NCBI GenBank assembly: GCA_012523575.1 | Contig: JAAYIF010000006.1 | Coordinates: 64,064-128,063, forward strand | Length of the DNA: 64,000 nucleotides | Direction of reading: 5' to 3' | Source of the DNA: Clostridia bacterium | Lineage (GTDB): Bacteria; Bacillota; DTU086 | Part shown: in pieces, positions 51,235 through 60,975 of the stretch | How the letters are laid out: the number at the start of each line of letters is the position of its first letter | How positions within the stretch are numbered: position 1 is the stretch's first letter | Made by a program: the position numbers and the translations under genes | Notes under the pieces: model-generated | Told to the model about the DNA's origin: nothing | The model's input: the letters and a program-made list of their open reading frames with translations, nothing else | Database searches by the model: none

Positions 51235-53460
51235 CTATTCAATTTTTTCGCTTGGAAATATTCTTTGATATTGTTCTAGGTTTATTAAAACACTACGGGG
51301 TTTACTTCCTTCAAAGGGGCCTATAAACCCCCTTTTCTCCATTATATCAATTAATCTGGCAGCTCTCGTATAACCAATACGTAATCTTCTCTGGAGCAGT
51401 GATATGGAAGCCTGTCCCTGCTCTATACATAAATGAACAGCTTTAGATAACAGCTCGTCCTCTTCATTTTCATTGTCTTCTTCCGCACTTAGTTGCTGTA
51501 TATCCAATAACTCACTATCATATTCCGGTACTCCTTGACTTTTCAAAAAACGTACAAAAGCTTCAATTTCCTCATCCGATATATAAGCACCTTGCGCCCT
51601 TATTGGTTTTACGGCACCTACAGGATAAAAAAGCATGTCTCCCCTTCCTAGTAACTTTTCTGCTCCTCCCAAATCCAAAATAGTCCGCGAATCTGTTTGG
51701 GATGACACTGCAAAGGCAATACGCGAAGGAATATTTGCCTTAATAAGTCCCGTTATTACATCGACGGAAGGTCTCTGAGTAGCCACAACAAGATGAATAC
51801 CCGCTGCTCTGGCCATTTGAGCTAAACGGCAAATACAATCTTCAACATCCGCAGGAGCAACCATCATCAAATCAGCAAGCTCATCGATTAAAACCACGAA
51901 ATAGGGCAATTTTTCCAGTTCTTTATTTTTTGCTGCAAGTTCATTATATCTATCGATATCCCTTACCCCGTGAGCAGCAAATTTTTCATATCTGTTTTCC
52001 ATTTCTCTAACCATCCACCTTAGGGCAGTAGCTGCTTTTTTAGACTCCGTTACAACGGGACATATTAAATGAGGAATAGAATTATAATGGATTAATTCTA
52101 CCCTTTTGGGATCAATTATAAGCAATTTTAATACATCGGGCTTATTCCTAAACAAAAGACTGACAATCAATGTGTTCATGCATACACTTTTTCCTGAACC
52201 CGTTGCTCCAGCTATGAGGAGATGGGGCATATCCTTTAAGTTAGCCACTACCGGGCTGCCCGAAATATCTTTACCCAATGCCATTAAAAGGGGTGACTTT
52301 GACTGACTAAATTCCTTGCTTTCTATTATTTCTCTAAAATACACCATTGATATATGATCATTGGGAACTTCAATTCCCACCACTGATTTACCCGGTATGG
52401 GAGCTTCAATCCTCACATCAGGGGCTGCAAGACTTAAGGCTATATCATCGGAAAGACTTACTATCTTACTCACTTTTATCCCTTTTGCCGGCTGCAGTTC
52501 AAATCTAGTTATTACCGGTCCGCAGGTTACCCTGGTTACTTTTACGCTAACCCCAAAACTTGCCAGAGTTTGCTCAAGAAGTAATACCTTTTCCGTTATA
52601 TCTTTATCATTAATATTTTTTTTCGCTTTAACAGGTTTTTTAAACAAATCAAGGGGAGGAAGTATGTACCCCTCGGATTTTCCGGCGTATTCATTTTCAG
52701 TAAAAGTCTTTTTGTCATTGACAGCACTAATGCTACTACTTTCCTTTTCCTCATGACCGACTGCTTCCATATTGGATTCATGTTCAACAATTACTGGGAG
52801 ATTATCTTTTAAGGCTTTATTAGAATCCCCTTCACCATCTCCATCTTCCGTTTCCACTTCATAAAAGAGGAAATTTTCCAACCATATTTTTACTGAAGTT
52901 AAAAAATTTAAAAAAAATTTGCTTATTCTGTGCATACCTTTCTTTAAAGAATTGCGGTTTATCAAGATAAAAGAAACGATGATGAATGTTGTTAATACAA
53001 TATAGCTTCCCACAGGACCGAAGGCAATCCCCAGTATGTAGGCAATTACTCCTCCTACTATACCTCCCCCTCTACCTGAATAGCCTGCCCTTATAATATC
53101 TCCAAAAACCATGTTATATTGATTAATCAGTGGTATATGTAAAAAAGTTAATAAAACAAGAAAAATAATAATAATTCCCCATATTAATCTTTTTATTTTA
53201 TTTTTGTGTTTAGGTTTACTTTGAAATATCTTAAAACCCAGAAAACCTAACAAGACAGGGAAAACATATTTACCTGTTCCAAATAAACTTGTCAAAGTGT
53301 GGACAATAAATGTGCCCACGGCACCAATGGCCCGATTGGATAATCTGTCTCCTCCCCATTCATTAAACAATAACCCCGTAAAACTAATTAATGACATAGC
53401 TAATAAAATCAGCCCAAACAAATCATTCTTAATTTCCTTTTTTATCTTCTGTTTAGGCAA
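51235..53460 (-). CDS. ftsK: DNA translocase FtsK/SpoIIIE
   Basis: N-terminal TM domain, ...HLLIAGATGSGKSVCMNTLI... Walker A, gamma wHTH C-terminus. Confidence 0.9.
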   Translation of the reverse strand: MPKQKIKKEIKNDLFGLILLAMSLISFTGLLFNEWGGDRLSNRAIGAVGTFIVHTLTSLFGTGKYVFPVLLGFLGFKIFQSKPKHKNKIKRLIWGIIIIFLVLLTFLHIPLINQYNMVFGDIIRAGYSGRGGGIVGGVIAYILGIAFGPVGSYIVLTTFIIVSFILINRNSLKKGMHRISKFFLNFLTSVKIWLENFLFYEVETEDGDGEGDSNKALKDNLPVIVEHESNMEAVGHEEKESSSISAVNDKKTFTENEYAGKSEGYILPPLDLFKKPVKAKKNINDKDITEKVLLLEQTLASFGVSVKVTRVTCGPVITRFELQPAKGIKVSKIVSLSDDIALSLAAPDVRIEAPIPGKSVVGIEVPNDHISMVYFREIIESKEFSQSKSPLLMALGKDISGSPVVANLKDMPHLLIAGATGSGKSVCMNTLIVSLLFRNKPDVLKLLIIDPKRVELIHYNSIPHLICPVVTESKKAATALRWMVREMENRYEKFAAHGVRDIDRYNELAAKNKELEKLPYFVVLIDELADLMMVAPADVEDCICRLAQMARAAGIHLVVATQRPSVDVITGLIKANIPSRIAFAVSSQTDSRTILDLGGAEKLLGRGDMLFYPVGAVKPIRAQGAYISDEEIEAFVRFLKSQGVPEYDSELLDIQQLSAEEDNENEEDELLSKAVHLCIEQGQASISLLQRRLRIGYTRAARLIDIMEKRGFIGPFEGSKPRSVLINLEQYQRIFPSEKIE

Positions 53461-53512
53461 CGGCTATCACCCCGGCTTGAAAACAAGGGTTAAAGCAACA
53501 AACTTATAAAAA

Positions 53513-54286
53513 TTAAGTAAACAACAACACCAAAAGGCCAATTGCCCAACAATATATGGAAAAATAGTTAAGCTTTTTACCATGGAGTATTTGAAGAAGT
53601 ATTTTTATGGCAAAATAACCGGAAACTCCTGCAAATAAAGCCCCCACAAGATATGCAGACAAATTGAAATTTACTTCTCCTAAAATTATTAAGTCTTTAC
53701 ATTTTAATAAGGTGGCACCCAAAACAGCGGGGATAGAAAGTAGAAATGAAAATTTTGCCGCACTGGAACGACTTAACCCCAGCATTAGACCAATGGCTAT
53801 TGTCATTCCTGAACGGGATATTCCTGGAGTTATAGCCAATCCCTGTCCTATCCCAATAATAACAGCATGTAGAAAATTAAAATTTTCCGAACCAAACCTA
53901 AATTGGTTTTTCCTGGATAAGTATTCTGCAATAAAGAGCAATATTCCTGTAATAATTAACATAAAGCCGACAATTTTAACAGAAGAAAACATTTTTTCAA
54001 ACTGCTCTTCAAAGTAAAACCCAATTATTGCTGTGGGAATAGTTCCGGCAATGAGAAGATAGTTATAATGCTGGAAGGGTTTTTTTATCAATTCTACGAT
54101 ATCATGCCAGTAAAAAGAAATCACGGCCAAAAGAGTAGCAAAATGGACCAGGACCTCAAAGATAAGACCGCTTTCATGTATGCCCATGAAATGCTGCATA
54201 ATAACCAAATGTCCGGAACTGCTGATGGGCAAAAACTCAGTTAAACCTTGTATAATCCCAAGAATAATAGCTTGAAAAAAATCCAA
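53513..54286 (-). CDS. uppP: undecaprenyl-diphosphatase
   Basis: ...GLTEFLPISSSGHL... BacA motif. Confidence 0.9.
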   Translation of the reverse strand: MDFFQAIILGIIQGLTEFLPISSSGHLVIMQHFMGIHESGLIFEVLVHFATLLAVISFYWHDIVELIKKPFQHYNYLLIAGTIPTAIIGFYFEEQFEKMFSSVKIVGFMLIITGILLFIAEYLSRKNQFRFGSENFNFLHAVIIGIGQGLAITPGISRSGMTIAIGLMLGLSRSSAAKFSFLLSIPAVLGATLLKCKDLIILGEVNFNLSAYLVGALFAGVSGYFAIKILLQILHGKKLNYFSIYCWAIGLLVLLFT

Positions 54287-54389
54287 AAAAAAACCTCCCC
54301 CATAAGTTTTTTATTTATAAACTATCCTACGTAATTATAGCATATTATCTTTTTACCGATTTCTTTATTAAAAAATTAATAAATTAAAA

Positions 54390-54425
54390 AAATTTGCCAG
54401 AGCCTAAGGCATCTGGCTTTCAAAT
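54390..54425 (-). terminator. terminator of the ylzJ-like gene (stop codon inside the loop)
   Basis: GCCAGATGCCTTAGGCTCTGGC followed by AAATTTTTTTAATTT on the minus strand. Confidence 0.5.
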
Positions 54426-54637
54426 AATAAAGTGTAATTTAGTACAGTTCCCGGTTGAAATCTCATATTAAGGTAATCCTGAGGGTTGCTGCTTATCAGC
54501 CTTACCACTTTAGCAGTTCCGTCTTTTTGATCCTCTATCTGTAAAGTAACTTCCCCCATTTTTATTTCTTTAAACTGCGGTTTAACGGAATCATCATATA
54601 ATAGCAGCTCCGGAGAAACCAGTGTGTAAATCACCAT
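54404..54637 (-). CDS. YlzJ-like small protein (synteny-based call)
   Basis: 77-aa ORF overlapping the 3' end of the ClpP-like gene by 7 nt and lying upstream of uppP-ftsK; matches the Bacillus order tepA-ylzJ-spoIIIE. Confidence 0.4.
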   Translation of the reverse strand: MVIYTLVSPELLLYDDSVKPQFKEIKMGEVTLQIEDQKDGTAKVVRLISSNPQDYLNMRFQPGTVLNYTLLFESQMP

Positions 54638-55029
54638 TTCCCATCTTCTCCATTATTTTTACTTTTTCTTAAATCAATAAGCTCCTTTATTTTTTCAACG
54701 GCTTCTGAAAGACCTCCCACTTCATCTATTAATCCTACCTTAACAGCATCGGGTCCCACCAGAACAGTTCCGATATCCCTCGTAAGTTCACCGGTCTTAA
54801 ACATTAACTCCCTGAATTTTTCCTGACTAATATTGGAATGATCAACAACAAACTTAACTACCCTATCCTGCATTTTTTCAAGATAATCAAACATCTGGGG
54901 CACACCCAAAACCAATCCCGTTAACCGAATGGGGTGTATGGTCATTGTCGCTGTCTCGGCTATAAATGAATAGTCAGCTGAAACAGCTATAGGTACACCG
55001 ATTGTGCCCTTGTCGCTACGGATTTCTTC
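54631..55029 (-). pseudogene. tepA: 3' portion (about 133 codons) of a ClpP-like tepA/ymfB homologue; the 5' half is absent at this locus
   Basis: In-frame coding [38 protein letters not shown]...[17 protein letters not shown] aligns with the C-terminal half of the ClpP fold (...MIHQP-type segment onward). An in-frame TAG sits immediately upstream at 55030-55032 and there is no ATG/GTG/TTG before the internal Met. Confidence 0.5.
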
Positions 55030-55045
55030 CTAATTTATATATACT

Positions 55046-56740
55046 TCACATTTCAACTGCGATTTTAAACCGCACTGCACTTTCGCTGCCCGCTTCGCTG
55101 AGCTCCATGAGGTTTATGTTATAGACTATTTCCATTTTATCACGCCGGAGAACAATTTTGTCTATGATTTGCTTTAGCATTTTCTTTTTGGTTTCCACGG
55201 GAGACTCTTTAAAAATTTCAAACCAGCGGGGAGCCAGCCTTGCAAACTGTTTTAAGCTGTCCCGCTCTACCTGCTTTTGCTGAAGTTCAGCCTTAAGCTC
55301 TGCTATCTGCTCCGTTATGACTTTCTCTTCCTCTTCCGCTTTTTTGATTTCCCTGGCCATCATTTCTTCAGAATAAATGCTTCCTTCCGGATCGGCAAAA
55401 TATTGGTTCAAACGATCAACCCAGCTGTTTAAACGCCGCCGCACTTTTTTAAGCTCCTTTTCAAGCTGTGTAATCTGTCTGCTGATCTGACTGCGGGCTG
55501 AAGCCTGCTTCATGTTTACATAGTGCTCTAAGCTTCCCAGATCAACATTTTTTAAAAAACTTTCAAGTTCGCTCATAAAAATGCCGTCAATCTTTTTCTG
55601 CGAGTAGCTTCCCTGACCCGAACAGAACGCCGATCCTTTCCTTGCATGAGTTGAACAGCGGTAAACTGCCTTTTCATATGTATACACCTTTCCGTTCGGT
55701 TTAACGTTCTTTGCGTTTCTGGTGCGGCTTGAGATAAAACCTTTCCCGCAGCAGCCGCACTTTAAAAAGCCCGTCAAAAGAGCTGTGCTGTCCATGGATC
55801 TTGCATCCGGTTTTGTGTTCTTTGAGCGCTTTTTCATTATTTCCATCAGCTTCTGCCATTCCTCAAGGGAAATAATTGTGTATTCTTTGATGGGCTTTGG
55901 ATTTCCGTTTTCGTCCCGGGGGATAATTATTTCTGGATTGTTGATGTCGTACCAGTTTTTAATCCTAACCCTTGATGTAGGTGTACTGCCCGGTTTCGTT
56001 CGGTTGTAGGCCGGCAGACCGGCAATGATAGGATTCTGCAGAACGTCTCTAACCCTTGCGTCCGTCCACAAACGATTTTCCCTGGTGCGGTAGCCGTGCT
56101 CATTTAAGTAAACGGCAATCTTTTTACTGCCCCAGTCTTCTTCAAGGTAAAGACGCTTCATAAGGAGAAGTATTTCCGCTTCTTTCTGATTGATCTCCAG
56201 TGGAAGCCCTTTTTTCGAATCCGAAAGTTTAAATCCATAAGGAGGCCTGCCGCCTGACCAGTGCCCCCGTTTTGCCATGTCCATCATGGAGGTTTTTACC
56301 CTAATGGAAGTGTTTTTGCTTTCGGTTTCAGCCTGCCAGCCTTCGATAAAACGTAGAAGTTTGTCCATCTGATCATCAACGTTTAGAGAGCGTCCGCCTG
56401 GAGCATCAGCGACCGCTATTACTTCTACTCCTGCATCGTAAAAAGACTTCAGGATCAGCGGATATTCAAAAGACTGCCTGCTGAGCCTGTCAGCCTTAAA
56501 TATCAGCAGAACGTCAAATTTTCCCTGCAGGGCATCCGATAAAACATCCTGCAGAATGTCTCTTTTGTCCGAAGATATTTTAAATGCACTGACGCCAGGC
56601 TCTATGTATTCTTTTACCAGTTCCCAGCCTTTTTCTCTAACAAAACTTCTTATAGTATGCTGCTGAGCTGGTATGCTGTCGTCTTCATTCTTAAGCTGTT
56701 TTTTTGTGGATACCCGATATAAGGCAGCTGCTCTGGTCAA
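55046..56740 (-). CDS. large serine recombinase
   Basis: Resolvase catalytic domain (AALYRVSTKKQ; ...KADRLSRQ...), recombinase domain, zinc-ribbon (CGCCGKGF...C..H) and a C-terminal coiled-coil. The likely start is a TTG giving MTRAAALYRVS; the track ORF extends to 56842. Confidence 0.8.
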   Translation of the reverse strand: MTRAAALYRVSTKKQLKNEDDSIPAQQHTIRSFVREKGWELVKEYIEPGVSAFKISSDKRDILQDVLSDALQGKFDVLLIFKADRLSRQSFEYPLILKSFYDAGVEVIAVADAPGGRSLNVDDQMDKLLRFIEGWQAETESKNTSIRVKTSMMDMAKRGHWSGGRPPYGFKLSDSKKGLPLEINQKEAEILLLMKRLYLEEDWGSKKIAVYLNEHGYRTRENRLWTDARVRDVLQNPIIAGLPAYNRTKPGSTPTSRVRIKNWYDINNPEIIIPRDENGNPKPIKEYTIISLEEWQKLMEIMKKRSKNTKPDARSMDSTALLTGFLKCGCCGKGFISSRTRNAKNVKPNGKVYTYEKAVYRCSTHARKGSAFCSGQGSYSQKKIDGIFMSELESFLKNVDLGSLEHYVNMKQASARSQISRQITQLEKELKKVRRRLNSWVDRLNQYFADPEGSIYSEEMMAREIKKAEEEEKVITEQIAELKAELQQKQVERDSLKQFARLAPRWFEIFKESPVETKKKMLKQIIDKIVLRRDKMEIVYNINLMELSEAGSESAVRFKIAVEM

Positions 56741-56798
56741 GACAGACCATTCCCCTCTTCTAAAAATAGCGTTAAAAATGTTGTTAATTATCGCTTCC

Positions 56799-56984
56799 TT
56801 ACGGAAGGGATCTTTCCGGTGGAAAAGTTGATTCCTGCTCAAGTTCCTGCAAAATCATTTCTGCCACATGTTTTTTAAATCTTTCTACACTTTCAGGGTC
56901 GTTCCTTTTTGGAAAAACATTGCATACCTCAATCCCGTTTCTTCTTGACGTTAAGCGAATATACTCTTTATCAACCCTTTTCAA
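56799..56984 (-). CDS. small hypothetical protein (uncertain)
   Basis: 61-aa ORF with a TTG start, overlapping the 5' end of the recombinase track ORF. Confidence 0.2.
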   Translation of the reverse strand: MKRVDKEYIRLTSRRNGIEVCNVFPKRNDPESVERFKKHVAEMILQELEQESTFPPERSLP

Positions 56985-57030
56985 AAAATATACACCCCTT
57001 TTTTAGAGTGCTCAAAATATTTCTGATTAT

Positions 57031-57061
57031 GCCAACAAAAAAACGCAGGCCTTATGCCTGC
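57031..57061 (-). terminator. terminator after the HNH-HTH gene
   Basis: GCAGGCATAAGGCCTGC followed by GTTTTTTTGTTGG on the minus strand; the stop codon lies in the loop. Confidence 0.5.
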
Positions 57062-57947
57062 GCTGCGTCTCTGCTATGGGTTTCCAAAAGGAGAATCAGT
57101 GCTTCCTTCAGCCAATCCGCTGCTTTACCGCCGCTTTCAAAACCCTCTGCTGCAAGAAGGTAGGCTTTTTCCGCCTTTGCCATAAGCACATCGGTTTCCT
57201 TTGTCTTTCCGTAGAAAATTTTTATCCTTTCTTCCATCTGACGGGTGGACCACTGATTTTCCGCAGCTGCAATTATCCACTTTTGAGGATCCGGGGTGCT
57301 TGCCGCTATCCTGTGGTGCCGCCATGAAAGAAACGGAACACGCATTTCCTCTTCGGGAAACGCTTTAAAGGTTTTGGAAAGCTCTCTTACCTGGGAAGCT
57401 GAACAGCCGAGCCAGGAAGCTGCTTTCCTTGAGCTTATCCCCATACCCTCCGTCAAAACGAGGCACACCGCTCCCTTGGCCCAGCGGGTGTCGTCTTCGG
57501 ATTCCTGAAGGGAAGCGTACATCTGGAGGAGCTCTTCCAGGGTGTATTTTGAAAGCTCCGGAACAGGAGCTGAAGACAGTTCGGGAACCTCTTCAGGAGC
57601 GGGCCAGCCGATCTTTTCGCATATTTCTTCAAGGGACAGGCCCTCACGACGGGCGGCAATAAGAGCAAGTTCTGTATAGAGTATTTTTCCGTCGTGTGCC
57701 TGCCTGTGGCAGTCAAGGCAGAGCTGGATCAGATTCTCTTTTATGTCCGAACCCCAAGGCTCCTGGGCCTAATGTGATGGGGCTGACCGGAAGCTTTCTT
57801 TCCGCATCGTTCGCAATAAGGTTTCCGGCACCCCTCAATGACACTTTTTGATGCAACCCTGACAGGTTTTGAAAGGTCAGGCAAGCAGGGACCCCCTTTC
57901 CGTTCTTGAAAAAAATAAGCCCGACCGCTTCCGATCGGGCTGCGCAC
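57052..57947 (-). pseudogene. HNH endonuclease fused to a C-terminal HTH-like domain, interrupted by a 1-nt frameshift in a G4/C4 run
   Basis: Frame A (57741..57947) ends ...CERCGKKASGQPHHIRPRSLG; the -1 frame continues GSDIKENLIQLCLDCHRQAHDGK... and runs without stops into the 57052..57522 ORF. Together they rebuild the HNH motif HHIxPRSxGG-SD...NL..LC..CH. Confidence 0.55.
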
Positions 57948-58044
57948 GCGCGTACCTTAACTTTTTGCCGACATTTTTTTGTCGTTTTTGGACATACTAC
58001 GACCTACAGACAGTATACATGATCTCTGCGTCGGCTGTCAATAT

Positions 58045-59670
58045 TTATTTTTTAATTTTTTCTACAAGTTCATCAATAACCGTTTTTCCCCGGACTGCTT
58101 TTCCGTCCAGTACGGCCTCTGCCGTTTCCCTCTTTTGAGATAAGATTGAAAGTATTTTTTCATCTATCGTGCTCAAGCCCTCTATGCTTGCCACGAGGCA
58201 CCACACCGTTACGCTTGACTTCTGGCCGATTCTGTGACAGCGATCCGCACACTGATCAAAATCCGCAGGCCTCCAGGGATATTCTAAAAAAGCAACGTTT
58301 GACGCTGCTGTGAGGGTCAAGCCGACGCCCGCCGCCTGAATGGAGCCTATAAAGAGCCTGCATTCGGGGTCGTTCTGGAACCTGTCAACCTGCGACATCC
58401 TGTCCTTCGTGTCTCCCGCTACGACGGCACTTTTCGGAAATGTTTCTGCAAGGGCATTAATGATCTCCTTGTGATGCGCAAACACGACTAATTTTTCACC
58501 TGATTCCATAAAATCACGGATCCACTCCACCGCAGACTGAAATTTTCCAGCTGCAGCAATCTGCTTCAAGTATTCGATTTTAACCATCGCTTCAGCTTTA
58601 AGAGCAGCGCTCAGCCTTCTGCCGTCGTAAACCCCTTCCCGGACTTTTTCTTCAAGCCAGTTAATAAAATCTTCTTCAACTTTGATGTAAGTTTCGGGAT
58701 TGGAAATTTCAATTGGAATAACAGCTATTCTTTTTGAGGGAAGATCTTTCAAAACGTCTTTTTTCAAGCGCCTTATCATTACGGTACTTTTAAGCCTTTC
58801 ATTAAGCTCGTCCAAATTGGATCTTCCTGAAAAATCCCATATGAGTCTTTTTCCACCGCCGCGGACGACAATTTCCCTGCGGTAGCCGCTGCAGTATCTC
58901 TTGCCGAAAGCAATGTAATTGTCGAATTCGTGAGGAGCAAGAATGTTTAAAAGATTGAACATTTCTATTGGCCTGTTTAAAAGTGGAGTCCCAGTAAGAA
59001 GAATCACGGCTTCAGCGTTTCTGCATATTTTTTTAAAAGCCTTAGATCTTGCAGCCTTCGAATTCTTTATGTAGTGTGCTTCGTCTCCTATTACGGCTTT
59101 GGGTTTAAGATAATCAACCCATGCGTCTAAAATGTCATAGTTTATGATTAATATGCCTGCCTGAACTTTTCCGGGGTTTCTGCCGGAAAGAACGGCAACC
59201 CTATTTTCCGGACAGTCCTCCAAAAATTTTTCACATTCTCTCTTCCAGTTGAGCTTAAGGCTTGCAGGGCACACTATCAACGCAGGTCTTAAGTCTTTTC
59301 TTGCCTGGAGAAAAGCCAACGCCTGAACCGTCTTTCCAAGCCCCATCTCATCAGCAATCAGTACCCTTTTTTTCTTCAGGGTAAATGCAACAGCTTCCAT
59401 TTGATAGGGATAAAGGCTTCCTTTAAAACCCTTGAGGTCAGGAACGCTTTCTGGTTCGGCTTCAGGCTCCAAGGAAACCCCCTGAAGCCTGAAACCGTTT
59501 TCTGCAAGAATAGGGGCAGCAGAAAGAGACACTTTCCAAGCCCGAATTGCAGGAATGTACTTTGAGCCCGGAAGGGATTTTACGAATCTTACGATTTCCG
59601 GATCGTACCGGAAGTACACAACCAGATGATCTTCTCTGCGGATTACCCTACCTTTTTCTGGTTGCATTGC
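58045..59670 (-). CDS. SNF2-family helicase (phage-type)
   Basis: ...LYPYQMEAVAF..., ...LIADEMGLGKTVQALAF..., DEAH-like ...IGDEAHYIKN..., helicase-C motifs; the probable start is MQPEKGRV. Confidence 0.8.
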   Translation of the reverse strand, partial: AMQPEKGRVIRREDHLVVYFRYDPEIVRFVKSLPGSKYIPAIRAWKVSLSAAPILAENGFRLQGVSLEPEAEPESVPDLKGFKGSLYPYQMEAVAFTLKKKRVLIADEMGLGKTVQALAFLQARKDLRPALIVCPASLKLNWKRECEKFLEDCPENRVAVLSGRNPGKVQAGILIINYDILDAWVDYLKPKAVIGDEAHYIKNSKAARSKAFKKICRNAEAVILLTGTPLLNRPIEMFNLLNILAPHEFDNYIAFGKRYCSGYRREIVVRGGGKRLIWDFSGRSNLDELNERLKSTVMIRRLKKDVLKDLPSKRIAVIPIEISNPETYIKVEEDFINWLEEKVREGVYDGRRLSAALKAEAMVKIEYLKQIAAAGKFQSAVEWIRDFMESGEKLVVFAHHKEIINALAETFPKSAVVAGDTKDRMSQVDRFQNDPECRLFIGSIQAAGVGLTLTAASNVAFLEYPWRPADFDQCADRCHRIGQKSSVTVWCLVASIEGLSTIDEKILSILSQKRETAEAVLDGKAVRGKTVIDELVEKIKK

Positions 59671-59680
59671 CTTTTCCTCC

Positions 59681-60784
59681 CTACACCTCATAAAAAGTAG
59701 AAATTTCGGGATAGAACTCAACAGGTATTACGCCTGTAGGACCGTTTCTGTGCTTTGCAAGGATGATTTCCACGGAACCGTTTTCTTTATTCAAAAATAT
59801 AACGACGTCCGCATCCTGTTCAATTGCTCCTGAGCCCCGAAGGTCCGACAATTTGGGTTTTCCGCTTCTCTTTTCGATTTCACGTCTCATCTGGGAAAGA
59901 GCGAGCACGGGCACATCCAGCTCCTTTGCAGCGGCCTTCAGAGAAGCTGAAATTGCGGCTATTTCATTCTCTCTGCTGTCGTACTTTTTTCGTGTTTTCA
60001 GCAGCTGAAGGTAGTCAATCACGTAAAGATGCGTTGTTTCAACAACTTCTTCTGCCCTGTGCATGTCCTCTTCAACAATTTCCTGTACACGAAGACCCGT
60101 TAAGCAGCAGGCAGTTTTTCTTATGATCTGCTCTGCCTTCATTTCAAGAGAGAAAAAAGCAACAACGCCTGACTGGGCTGCGTTTGCCGCAATCTGCACT
60201 GCAAGGGAAGTTTTACCTGCTGAAGGTCTGCCTGCAAGAACGATAAATTCTCCGGGGTGCATACCCTTCGTCCATGTATCAAGCTGGTCAAATCCGTACA
60301 AAACTCCGTATTCAAGGTCTTTAAGGCTCTCTTTAAGAAGGTCGGAAGCTTTTACAAACGTATTTGTGTTTTTTGAATCTTTATAGCGCCTGACTGCATC
60401 AAGCATTAAATCAATGCGGGGATCAACCTCTTTTCCGTCATAGATCTCTTTGACAGCTCTGATAATTTTTCTCAAAGCACTTTTTTCCCTTACAGCTGAA
60501 GCAAACGCAAACGCATCACTGCTGTCAATTTCTTTTTTTATCAGGGCACATTTTTCGGGAGCAAGATCAACCTTACGCTTCAAAGCCTCAAGAGAAAGAA
60601 CTTCGCCTGAAGCGTGTACTCTGCGCAAAAACTCATAGGCATCAGCAAAACTCCTATCGGCAAAATCGTCCCTGCTTATGTCGAAGAATATGCCCTTTAA
60701 AGCAGCGGAAATCACGCCTGCCTCTGCTTCTAGGTCTATAAGACTTACGCTCTTATTTCCGCCCGTCTTAACAGCTTTAAGCAA
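59681..60784 (-). CDS. DnaB-family replicative DNA helicase (phage-type)
   Basis: ...FIVLAGRPSAGKTSLAVQIAANAA... Walker A; ...LSQMRRE..., ...LRGSGAIEQDADVVIFL... RecA-fold motifs. Confidence 0.8.
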   Translation of the reverse strand: MLKAVKTGGNKSVSLIDLEAEAGVISAALKGIFFDISRDDFADRSFADAYEFLRRVHASGEVLSLEALKRKVDLAPEKCALIKKEIDSSDAFAFASAVREKSALRKIIRAVKEIYDGKEVDPRIDLMLDAVRRYKDSKNTNTFVKASDLLKESLKDLEYGVLYGFDQLDTWTKGMHPGEFIVLAGRPSAGKTSLAVQIAANAAQSGVVAFFSLEMKAEQIIRKTACCLTGLRVQEIVEEDMHRAEEVVETTHLYVIDYLQLLKTRKKYDSRENEIAAISASLKAAAKELDVPVLALSQMRREIEKRSGKPKLSDLRGSGAIEQDADVVIFLNKENGSVEIILAKHRNGPTGVIPVEFYPEISTFYEV

Positions 60785-60938
60785 TTATATTCCCCCTCTC
60801 AGAAAAAGTTCAAAACATTTCGTGCACTGACGAAACCGGGAACATCTGGAGGGGGTGTACGCATTCTCCTGATGAGCTCAAGCCTTTTTTTTCGTTCAAC
60901 AAGGTACTTTCTGTGCTCTTTAAGTCTCTTTTCATGCT

Positions 60939-60968
60939 CTTCAGGATACTTTTCTGAGAACGGTCGGT
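60939..60968. repeat. 30-bp direct repeat copy 1 (CTTCAGGATACTTTTCTGAGAACGGTCGGT), candidate iteron
   Basis: Perfect 30/30 identity with copy 2; lies just 3' of the replisome-organizer stop. Confidence 0.8.
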
Positions 60969-60975
60969 CGTGTTA

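Noticed and set aside
57453-57716. 87-aa Pro/Lys-rich ORF
   Set aside because: It is in an alternative frame over the HNH C-terminal half. It has a low-complexity translation. The HNH frame has clear motif support.
58045-59721. SNF2 helicase next to an HNH nuclease as a possible defence system (DISARM/BREX-like)
   Set aside because: The context is a phage replication module (DnaB-like helicase, replisome organizer, iterons). No methyltransferase or other defence partners are present.
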